NCBI GenBank assembly: GCA_030141605.1
Contig: JAQGDQ010002386.1
Location: 62,001 to 126,000 of the forward strand
Direction: 5' to 3'
From: Tubiluchus corallicola
Lineage: Eukaryota; Animalia; Priapulida
DNA length: 64,000 bases
Of the stretch, positions 52,514-64,000 are shown piece by piece (the stretch's first letter is position 1; each line of letters starts with the position of its first letter). Made by a program: the position numbers and the translations under genes. The notes beneath the pieces were generated by a model. That model made no database searches, was not told where the DNA came from, and worked only from the letters and a program-made list of their open reading frames with translations.

Positions 52514-55500
52514 ATGTTCCGTCCGTTCAAGCATGTCTGGAGTAGTGTCGTTTGGTCTTTTGGAAGAGGTGGGGCGAAGGAAGATAATGAAGGCTTGGTA
52601 TCAAAATTTGAATACGGCCGCCCGGCTTTTCTCGGACTTAGTGCTGACGAGCTGCAAGTTGCTGCTGACCACTCCTTTCGGGCAATTATTGTTCCAAGAG
52701 AAATCAGTCGTTTACCATGGAATGCTGGTTATGCTGAGTATGTGTTTGAAAAAAATATTACTAATCGCAAATACACGTGTAAATAAGCACAAAGACAATT
52801 AATAAGACAGTTACACTGATTAGCTAACAAGAAAAGTCCCCGTTAAAGCATTTGAATGAGAAAATATAGATTCCATTGCAGTTGTTCACAGAAAAATATG
52901 TTACGCACCATCGTGCTGAGCAAACCCTGATTTCTGTCTCTTGCACCAATCTCTCGTCCACTTAGTGGCTATACACTATATTGGATATGCTAGTTTGGTA
53001 TCGTCAGCAAACTTGAGTAGCCGACTAACTACATTATCATCCATGTCATCTATGAAGATGAAAAATAACAGGGGTCTGAGGACACTTCCTTGTGGCACTC
53101 CTGATTGAACTGGGACTGTAGATGAGGCACAACCCTTGATTTCGACATATTGGAATCTGTCACTTAGCCATACCTTTATCCAGTTATGCAGTTGTGCTTG
53201 AATACCATACATGCCTCAAGTTTAAGCAGCAATCTTCTATGTGGGACTTTGTCAAATGCTTTCGCCAAGTCTAGGTATACTATATCAAGAGAACTAGTGT
53301 GATCCGATGTGGAAAATACATGTTCAAAAAACTCCAGTAAATTACTTGTCACTAACCGTTTCCTGAGAAACCCATGTTGAGATCTTTTAAAATAATTGTT
53401 AGATTGCAAATAGACAAGTATTGCATTGACTACATGCCTCTCCAGCAGTTTGCCAACAGTACTGGTAATTGCAACTGGCCTATAGTTTCCAGGTTTATTT
53501 TTAGGTCCCTTTTTATGAATGATACTAATGCGAGATAACTTCCAATTACTGGGAACGTCACCCGTAGCTAAAGACTCTCTGAAGATTAATGTCAGTGGCT
53601 TGACCAGCAAATCAGCAGCCTTAACCAGTTTTTTTGGGTGAATTAAATCTGGTCATGCTGGTGCATTGGTTCTAGGTCCAAATAACAATTTGTGTACATC
53701 ATGCTGAGTTATGGTAACATTACATAAAACTCCACCCCCTTCTAGGTACTAGGTAAATTAGTCAGTTTCTCTGTAATAGAAACACTCTGGAACTGGATAT
53801 TTAGAATTTCCGCCATTAGTCATGGGGCAGATGTTGTTTCATTGAAAGCAGTAGTAAGTGGACCAACCTTAGGACGACTTGTTTTGTTTGCAATAACATA
53901 CAGCCAGAAAGAGCATGCATCATCTTTGATATTTAAGGCTAGCTTGGTTTCAAAGTTTCGTTCAGCACATCGTATAGTCGCTTAAGTCAGCTTTGCCTGT
54001 CTCTTGTACGTCAAAAGGTCTTGATAATCAAGTGTTTGTTTATAGACTGTGTACAAATGCTGTTTATTCCTAACAGCTTTGTTGCAATTATAATTAAACC
54101 AAAGAGGTCTGCTACCATTACTGGAGCTATATTTGGGTACATATTTATGAATAGACTTGTGCATTCTGTCTTTAAAAAGATTCCAACACATGTAAACGTC
54201 ACCCGAATGAAACAGGTGATCCCACGGGATCGATATCATTATAGTAGCAATAGATTCAAAATTGGCTTTGTGAAAATTGAAACCAGAATTTAGTGGCTTC
54301 TTAAGAGATAACTGCACTACAGTTTGCCAAGATATAACTGCATGATCTGATGTGCCAAATTCCTCTCCAGCCTCTAGGTTTTGTACAAACAACTCACCCG
54401 GTACTAGTACTATATCAAGGGTAGTAAAGCCTCTTGTGGGGTCAACCACTATTTGATTAACGAAACGTTGTTGTGTAACATTAAGAAATATACTAAAATT
54501 AGCATCCACCTTCAAAATAGACCAGTTTGTATTTGGAAGATTAAAGCCACCACAAAATAAAATTGGGTGAGCCAACAGCAGCAATATCATGTATAAATTT
54601 AAATAAAAAGGAATCATTTTTAAATTAATGTTGATTTATAAAACCTTTGTTAATTTAACTAACATCTATTTGACTTATTAAAAGTTATGGTACAAAATAT
54701 ATGCACGAAAATTAGTAACCAAACATTACCACCAACAACTAGTAAAATACAAGTAGAAGATATATGGGTAAACATAAAAACATCAAACAATAAACCATCA
54801 ATTATATTTGGAACTATCTATTGACATCCTAATAAGTCAGTAAAACATTTCCATGAAGAATTGGAGAACATTCTAAGAAAATTAATTCCAGCAGCAAACA
54901 AGCTTATATCTGTGGAGACTTAAATATGAACTTGATACAGCATGAAGAGATATCATCTGTTTCCAATTGTCTTAACATGTTATAAGAACATAGATTTCAT
55001 CCGGTTTTCACTCAACCTACTCGTTTAACTTCCAATTGCCAGACTCTTATAGACCACATTTATACTAACAATATTCATTATCCCTTGATTACTGACATAA
55101 TATTACATGAAGTTGCAGATCATCTAGCTATCTTTGCAATAGCTAATTCAGCATATATCAGCAAAACACTCACAAAAGTTAAGAAAAGAGACACACACCA
55201 TTCCATTCTTCATAATTTTTTCGATAATCTTCAACTCTCAGTAACAGGTATTGACGCCCTTGATCCTTATGACAATAATGTAGCCTTCGCCTCATTCCTA
55301 GAAACCTTTAGACAAATGCTTGACAAACGTGCACCCACCTGATCTTTAACCTTAAAAAAGAAACTCTTTTCTTTTGTAAACCTTGGATCACCACAGGTAT
55401 CCTTAAATCTATTAAAACCAAAAGTAAACTGTATCGTTCGCACAAATTGTTTAAATTTGAATATAAAAATTTTTTATGAAGCTTACTCAAATACTTCAAA

Positions 55501-58500
55501 TTAAGCTCAAAAAGAAAGTATTATGATAATCTCTTGCAAGTGAACAAGAACAATGTTAAAAAAACATGGTGTACTAGTGTATTAAAAGTAAAAAATAAAA
55601 AGCATATCATTCCCTCTAAAATTGATATCAATGGTAGACTAATTGGTGATCCTTATGATATAGCCAACTGTTTCAATTGTTATTTTCAATCAACAGGTAC
55701 AAATATGGCTAAAAAACTCCACCTGCAAACTCTAGTTACCTTACATACCTAAATAAGTCCAACAATTCACTTTCTTCTACCCTGTCTCTCAAGAAGAAGT
55801 AAGCACAGCACTACATAAATTAGACATAAATAAGGCACTGGGTCCTGAAAATATCCCTGTTAAATTTTATCAGCTGGTAAGTCCTGTGATTACTCCTATT
55901 TTAACACAACTAAGTAATATGCCCATTGCACAACGCAGCTTCCCCAACTGTTTAAAAAATTTCCAAGGTTACACCTCTTTATAAAACTGATTCCCCACTC
56001 ACTCCAACTAATTATAGACCTATATCTATCCGTTCACCAATATCTAAAGTATCTGAGCATATTATTTATGACCGACTAAATAATTTTTTTACTCTACACA
56101 ATATAACTAAATTTCAGCTTGGCTTCATCGACTGCATTTTCTACAGCAGGTTTCATTGAGAGCATGCTAAGCATACTTGACAACAAGTCTATTACATGTA
56201 GGACATTTCTTGACTTGTCAAAGGCCTTTGACACTGTTCAACATGACATTCTCCTCAATAAACTCAGGCACTATGGAATTTGTGGGCCTATCTTGGAATT
56301 AATCACATCATGCCTTTCAAACCACAAGAAATACACCAGCATTCACAACTCAAATTCAGATCTTCTTGAACGTGGTGTTCCTCAAGGTTCAATTCTTAGC
56401 CCTCTCCTATTTTTAATATACATTAATGACTTACAGTTTTCTTCCAATTTTAACACTCACCTGTTTGCAGATGACACGAGCCTCTTTCTAACTGACACTA
56501 AACTGGTATGACTTCAAAATAGACTGTCCAAAATTGACAACGGGATGAAAGCTAATAAATTATCTATAAATTACAGTAAAACTAAATTTATGTTATTTCC
56601 TAAGAACCTGTCTTTAACTGAAACTTCAGCATTTAAAATTCAAATTAGAAAGAATAATATAATCTCAAACAACATGCATAAAATATCTAGGTATCAACAT
56701 AGATAATGACTTAAAATGGTGCATACACATCAGTACAATAACTTCAAAATTGAATAGGACTGCAGGTGTCTTTTCGAAATTGCGACATTCTATCAATGCA
56801 CATACTCTTAAAATGGTCTACTACATGTTAATATATCCTTATCTTCAATATTGCATCCTTTCATGGCATAACCCAAACCAAAACATTCTCCAACCTCTAA
56901 TCTCAGTACAAAACAAAATAGTAGAATTTGATACTTTTGCACATTACCGTGATCATGCAACACCTTCATATGCTAAACTGCACATACTAAATATTCAAGA
57001 CATTTACAAGCTGGAATTATTCAAAATAATGCACAACTTCAGTAACAACTCTTTTCCTGACCTATACACTAACTATTACACCAAGATTCAAGACATCCAC
57101 ACTTACAGCACAAGATCTGCTACAAGGGGTCATTATTACCAACCTAGATTGAATACATCACATGGATTAAAAGCACTACAACATACAGGCACTAAATTGT
57201 GGAACTCCTTTCCACAAGATATATCGACAATACCATCTCTGACCACAGCCGTGAAAATTTTAAATACTACATGCGAACAATGTATCATACAAATTAGACA
57301 TCCTTTTACCTTCAATGTCTTTGTTCTTTTTCTCCTCCTAGACTCTCCAATTTTTCTACCTGGTAATTACTTAGCTTTCTTCTTTGTTATCCATTTAAAT
57401 TCTTTTTTCCTAGACTAACGTGTGTGTCTTTTCACCATTTTTTAATTTTTTTCTATAAGTGTGGCTTTTCTTAGTACTACTTAATATAATACAAATAACT
57501 GTTACTTACATTTCATTCTCATCAATACCCGAAACTAAACAAAATCTTCTTGTTTTCAACCAAACCATTTATTTCAAGCAGTAGTACATTGAAGATTACT
57601 ATTTTCTTATACCTTAGTTTTTGTGACACCTTTGTGATTGTGTTTACTGATCGCAAAACATAATTTTCCTTGCCCCCCGTTATCATCCATCTTATTCCAA
57701 AAATTATTCATAACGATTAACATGCATTTGAATTATATAATAAGCCTATAAAAATATATTAATATTATTTTTCTAGTGATGACCTGTTTTACTTTGAGCC
57801 AAGCTACTAAAAACTAAATTCTGTAAACTAACAGTATATAAGGCAGACTCCTGTAGTCGTACACTGCCCTCACATGTTCTTCTGTTATACATAGTTTCAT
57901 TAATGGCTAATATGTATTCTATCACATGTGTGAAATAACTATGTCTTATATCTTATATTTGTTGCAGGGTGATAAACTCTGGAAAATCAGTGAGAAATGA
58001 GGATCAAGCAGCTTGCGAAGTCTTTCAACTTGTTGATCCTGATGAGCTTCCATCTGCCACATCAAAGGGCAGAGTAGGGTCTAAGACAGGAAATGTGGGG
58101 CTTGATCCTGATGCATTTGCTAAACAGTTACTTTCCACAACAGCAGTATGTGTTTTTAACCTTATATTGTAAGCAGTTTAAGTTATACGCATATATAATG
58201 AACATGTACAATTCGACAAAACAGTGCTTATTAATGATAAACATTATCAGAATTTGCTGACTTTGCTTATTTCACACGTTTAAGTTGTTGGAAGTGTTGC
58301 TAACAGTTTAGGCAATGTGGTGTGTTATTTATTTTGAGTGCATATTTCTTCTACAGTACATGCCGCTAGTTTCTAAGGAAATGTAAAATTTACATTTTCA
58401 TATTACTATTACTAATATTCGTAATAGAACTATGCAGTTACATGCCCCATTCCACAATATGCTCTTTTAATGTTTATTACAAAGAACATTATGAGTGCTG

Positions 58501-61500
58501 TCATTATCTGAATTAAGCAACAATTTGATTCTGATGGCATGGTTGACAGTTAGATTCTTGTAAATATTGAGTAGGCGGATGTCTAAATTTAGAAATGATA
58601 AACTTGCGCTTAAGATGGTGATGATAATCAATCTTGGAATTCTGTATATGTAGGATCACGAGGAGAGAAAAGTAGCATACTTTGCGGTATTTGATGGTCA
58701 CGCTGGTTCCGGGGCGTCTGTCTTTGCATCTCGATTGCTTCATTTTCATTTACAAGTATGTCAAATTCACTTTATAATATTTAATAACTATCCTGTAAAA
58801 AGAGAAGTCATCAGCTAAAAACTGGAAGTGCAAGATTTAAGGAAAAGTTTTTCTTTTTAAGTTATTCTTGGCAGTACATTATGACATTCTGTTGCTGAGT
58901 TTTTGCATGTGCATCAAATAACATGCATGTTAGCAATTGCTCCTAATTTTTTGCATGATAATTGTACACGGACGCTAAAGGCAAAACAGGAAAAAATGTG
59001 GTAAACAAAGAATGCAATTTAACAAACGTTAGGTGATTTCTTATATGATAATTAGTCTTAATTATCTGTATCATCATTAGACACGGAAAACTTACCAAGC
59101 AAATCACATAATCAATGCAGATTCTGATTATATCTGTATAATTTATCTGTATCATATACGTGTTTTGTATAATATACGTTTATCTGTATAATATACGTCT
59201 TTTAAAATTTTCCAACTGCTGACTTTCCAACGTTGGCAAAAGTTAAGTGGGAATATATCTGAACAAAATTTGAATGTCAAAAATTTTTAACTTTAGATTT
59301 TGCATGTTTATAAATTCATCTCTAAGCCAAATTATGACATTGGATCAAACATAACAATTAGTTGACCTACACCATCACCGATGCTCAGTCTTAAAATACG
59401 GTAATGTTAACTTTTTTATTACTAATTAACTGTATTAATGCTGCTACTTATCAATTTGTAAACATTTTCAGGAGAAATTGAGTATTGCCCAAGAGTTACT
59501 GTATAAGCGTCTACAGAATGGGGATGTCATATGTGACGAGATGATAAAAGACATGAATAGGTTGTTTCCGGACATTAAACACATCAGCACAGATGAACTT
59601 GTAATAGGTGCCTTAGAACGTGCTTTCCAGGACATGGTATATTATGCATTTATAAGCAAATTATTAACAACTTATGACGAGTTAAATGTTACTAGTGCTT
59701 TTTCCAATGACTTGCCTTTTTAAAAAATGTAAACATGCTTTGAAACGTCACCAGTGCATCCAACTGGCAACTTAATACTGAAAATTACTTAAACACTCAA
59801 TTGAAATAATCCAAAATATAGGAATCGCTGGTAAGTGTCTTATGAAATAATATGCATTACTATGGTTTTTGAATATATACGTGTGTTAAGCAATGAAAGT
59901 TTGCTCTTTAATTATATGTACTGCTGACTGTTGGTGTGGTTTATTTTGTACATATAGTCATGTGTGTATATTGCCACAGAATTCTTTGCCAATTCATAAT
60001 GGTTAGTAATTTCTTTTCTCATTTCTCTCAGGACGTACAGATTGGTGTAGAGCGTCATGTGTACAAGATTTCCGGAGGATGCACCGTAATCGTTGCCATC
60101 TTTTTTCTTGGCAAATTGTATGTGGCAAATGCCGGTGACTGTCGGGCAGTGCTGGTGCATGCTGGGAAGACCCAGCAATTGTCACGAGATCACTCTCCAG
60201 AAGCTGAACGTCAGCGCTTGCAATATCTGGTACTGTACTGTACCTCTCATTGCCTTTGCTAAAGAATTCCTATTTCATTACACTAAGAAAATCTCTTAAA
60301 ACGTGTCTCATTTTGTGACTTGAAGTCACACTAAACCTTCGCTATAATATAAACTTTTAAAACTTAAAATCCTACTTTCATTCCGACCATTCAATTAATT
60401 TTATTATAAACTTGCTGTAAAAGTTGTTTCTTTTGATTTTTTACCACTTCATTGTTAGCGGTATTAAATTTGAAGAACTGCCATTTTTCATTGCGCGAGA
60501 TGAAGGATGTTATGAGTACAGTCATGAGGTCACCAAAGATCAGTAAAAACACAAATCGGTAACCAAAGACGCTTTCTGTACAACGTACATCATTCTCGCT
60601 CACTCGCGCCAAAGACGCGAAACACGGCCATCCTTACGGCATGCATGCATTCAAAATTTGCCAGAAAAGGTAAGTTATTTAATAGATATGTCTCTTTTGT
60701 TTAGTAATAACTATGAATGCTTTGTGTAATCATAATAAAGTGTTAAAATCTTCCGTGTCTGTTGGGGTTATATTACTTAAAGAAACAGCCAACGGTGCAA
60801 ACCCTCAGTTGTATTTTAATATAAACTTCTAAAAATATTGAAATTACTACGTAATATACGCCCATTAAGTAACTTGCTTAAAAATGCAAAGAAATTAAAT
60901 CATTTGTGTCTCCTGCCAAGCAAGTCTTGCTGCAGGCATATTGGAAAAGAATGACATAAAACTGGTAGGAAGTATGAAGGACGCATTGTGGGTAACATAG
61001 TGGGCAGCTAGATTCATCAAGAAGCTGAAAATGGTATTATTAATCTCTCATTTAACATATTGGATTGTTTGTAGTTCGTAATAGTAGCTGCAGTTGCAAA
61101 AAAGTTTCCTGCAGCACCTTGCGAGATAGGTGTTTATATTGCATAGAAACCAGATGGCTTCATTTTTTGTTTTGGGACTTTATATTGGCTTTACTAATTA
61201 CGCAAGGTGGTTATCACGATTTTACTGCTGAAACTTTCTAACATCTTTCTCAAAATAAGCTTGACTTCTCAATAGATCTGTCTTTTGCTTTAAACAACTG
61301 AGTGGCTAAATTACATAGCTGCGCAGTTGACTAATATTTATTTTACCAAGTTAATAACTGCTAAATGGGTTGGTTACATTCTTAATTCCTGAACAGCTAA
61401 TTGATATTTATTGGGCACAATTGTAAGTAAGTAACAAAGTATTAATATGTCAGTATTAGTATTAGTTAAGCAGCTGTAAGTTCATCAACTAAGCTGTTAT

Positions 61501-63074
61501 TAGTAGTAAGTCTCTGCCATGTGATGGCTTATCATCATTGAATTACTAACACAAATGTCAGCTTTTTGTTGTCTGTCGGACTAAATATGCCTACCTTTGC
61601 TTGTCAAGTCGTTTTCTATGTGTTCAATTTTTCAATGAAATATGTAGTTGTTTTGATATTTATAGGTAAGTCTGCATGTCACAAGTTCTTATAATTCTCT
61701 AAGTAATGAACAATGAGAAGACAGCTAACAACAACCAACACCATGCCATACCACCCACACCACACCACCAAACCCACATTATGCCACTTAACCCACATTA
61801 ACCCAACACAAAGCCACGTCCACCACAACAATAACACCATGCTACACCTACCACAACAACCACACCATGCCACCCACTCACACCACCCACACCAAAGTAC
61901 CCATACCACACCACTCACCCACACTACATCACACCATCCATCACATCACCCACCACACCCACCATCCACAGCACAGTTACCCCACGCACTATATTGTACC
62001 ACACCAAATCCAACACATCACAGTGATTATGATGATGACATTGATGACCACCCACCACAATATACCACACCCACCGTCGAGACCACACTACACCACAAGA
62101 CCACACCATGCCACAACAACCACACCACACCACCCACGCCAAAATACCCATACCATGCCACACCACCACACCACACAACACTATCCGCAGCACGCTCACC
62201 ACACTCACCACATCACATGGTGATCATGATGATGATGACGACAACGATGACGACACTACAGCACCAACACCAACAAACAGCATCACAACAAAACCATTTA
62301 AAACATTTTGCACAAAGTCAAAACGGTGTGCTGTAATAAATGCTCTTAGTCTGTCTACCAATAATCAGTAATGCACGGATGTTCTATTTAGTTTTGCTTA
62401 TTGCTTCTCAAATGATGATAAGCTAACAGAATATACTTACATGTAAAATCTATAACCCTGTAGAACGACTGGTGAAGACAATGCCTGGAGCAGCTCATAA
62501 TTTCTCAAACTCTAAGACAGTGAATGTTCTAAATAGCAGGCAGCACAGGGGGTAGAACAAGAACTTCAAAATACACCCCTCCTATTTCGTCCAGTTTACA
62601 TCTCCCCTAGTGAAACCTCCAGCACCTTGTAGACTGTTTTGTTCTCTTTCTGCGAGTGTGCATATTTTTTCCCAACGTGTCCAAACAGTTGCACGAATCC
62701 AGTTTTTCTTGAGGCTGTTTGTGCAGTTTTCTGCAAAATTTGAATGGTTGAGTCCGGGAAAACACCCGTTACGAGACTTTATAGCCATCTCGCGAATTCT
62801 AAATATGCCTATAACACTCACCGTTGAACGGGCTATCTAACTATTACCAGCAACACCCCCGGCCCAGTTCCGATTTCTAGAAATAAGAGGTATAAATTTG
62901 CAAAAATGAGCAAAAAGGGCCATTTTTGAAGGCTTAGCCCTCCTCCACCCATTCCTCCCGATGTGTCCGATTAGAAAAAATAAACACCCGGGTGCTAACC
63001 TGTGGATGGAGACCTTCCGTTTGACGTATAGATCACTGAAAATGGTGCCATCATCGGAGATGTAGCCTCTTCGG

Positions 63075-63120
<46 letters not shown>

Positions 63121-63427
63121 GCCACCGAAATTAATATATCAGATGAAATAGGCAGAAAGAAGGCTTTAAATTGTATAAATTGGCCTCAAGCAACTCTCGG
63201 TATGTTATTAAAGATTCAGTAGCTTCTGTTAGTTCATTAGCAAGCATTTACCAATGTGAACACATTTCCATTTTTTGTGTGATGGCTGAAGTGTCTTTGT
63301 TTTTACAGGCATGGTTAAAGCCACACCTGCTAGGTAATGATTTCTGTCATCTGGAGTTTCAACGCCGTCTAACTCGTGAGGACGTCGGACGGCAAGTTCT
63401 GTACAGGGATCAGAATATGACAGGATG
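52514..63427 (+). CDS. PPM1H: PP2C-family phosphatase of the PPM1H/J/M group, 5' part; continues beyond the window end
   Basis: Exons 52514-52737, 57968-58145, 58654-58755, 59472-59636, 60032-60229, 63309-63427 join in frame. Diagnostic motifs: [77 protein letters not shown], and flap-domain HLEFQRR...[10 protein letters not shown]. Confidence 0.93.
52860..54617 (-). mobile_element. Decayed CR1-like LINE ORF2 (endonuclease to RT) in PPM1H intron 1
   Basis: ORFs 53982-54617 (GGFNLP...PTRG..TLDIVL...SDHAVI), 53176-53610 (NYRPVAITS...QHGF...[13 protein letters not shown]) and 52976-53212 ([18 protein letters not shown]...KFADDTKL); frameshifted. Confidence 0.92.
54620..57420 (+). mobile_element. 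Decayed L2/Crack-like LINE ORF2 (endonuclease, RT, C-terminus) in PPM1H intron 1
   Basis: Fragments [14 protein letters not shown]...[52 protein letters not shown]...[20 protein letters not shown]...[22 protein letters not shown]...GTKLWNSFP; many stops and frameshifts. Confidence 0.92.
61720..62295 (+). repeat. C/A-rich low-complexity (ACCAC/CACAC-type) repeat tract
   Basis: About 570 bp almost devoid of G and T on the plus strand, with short (GAT/GAC)n inserts; lies in a PPM1H intron. Confidence 0.9.
62460..63120. mobile_element. Possible Helitron-like fragment ending in a (TA)n tract
   Basis: GC-richer block abutting (TA)~20 at 63076-63115. Contains GAGACCTTCCGTTTGACGT, similar to the GAGACCTTTCATTTGATAT core of the 149-bp repeat. 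Confidence 0.35.
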
Positions 63428-64000
63428 GTAAGCCAAAATTTTATAACGAGTTTTCCCAACTTGAAAATGGCATTTAATATCATGTTGTGGCAGACTGGCA
63501 GCTGCACTGTCTTATTCTGTCACAGTATGTGTATGTTCTCTTTGTTAGGCAGATATAAACTGTTTCATTTATAGCTCCTTTTTATTTATCAAAGTTATTA
63601 AATTTCCATTTTCTTTTTCCATTCTCTTTGTCATTAGTCAAGCTGATCATTAAGTTTGAAAAATTCGTTTCTTAAGGCTAGTTAAATGAAGTTTCTGCTT
63701 TTGTCAACGTTTGTACATCTTGTGCATATTGTAGCACCATAATCAGAAGTGTATGTATGAAAATTACTCAAATTGTAAATGGGCTTCATAATTTTAGTAC
63801 TTTTCTACGATTTGACACCTTAGTAACAGCTCTCATATCGTAGGCCTTTGTTGTTGGTTGTAGCTGGACTGGTACCTAACTCTTTTTCAACAATAATATG
63901 AATTGAAGTACTGGCCTGGCAGAGGTGTCTTAGCAATGTTTGCATTAATGTTTTTCCTTAATGCGATAAATAGCTCAAGGCAGAATGGTAGATTAAACCA

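Noticed and set aside
52976-57418. Reverse transcriptase ORFs as a functional or domesticated RT system
   Set aside because: Both carry multiple stops and frameshifts and are ordinary non-LTR retrotransposon relics.

Overview
AT-rich, intron-rich metazoan (probably bilaterian invertebrate) genomic DNA. It carries four spliced protein-coding genes in two head-to-head pairs. PSMC5/Rpt6 (minus, 5' half only, runs off the window start) is divergent from RAD54L2/ARIP4 (plus, 22 coding exons, about 2383 aa). RAD54L2 is convergent with a complete arsenite methyltransferase AS3MT (minus, 9 coding exons, 403 aa), which shares a short divergent promoter with PPM1H-like phosphatase (plus, runs off the window end). 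I reconstructed exons by hand from splice sites and remembered homology; reading frames close correctly. Introns hold many decayed mobile elements: LINE fragments, two inverted copies of a Kolobok-type element, a Helitron/Helentron-like element with a 149-bp tandem array, and hAT and pogo-like MITEs. The most notable points are an expanded Cys/Gly-rich tail on AS3MT, an E-box + MRE-core + CTCF-like cluster in the AS3MT/PPM1H promoter, a roughly 320-aa insertion with an AT-hook between the RAD54L2 ATPase lobes, a GC-AG intron, and a long hairpin in an AS3MT intron. I did not find a clearly new multi-gene system, and no database searches were run.
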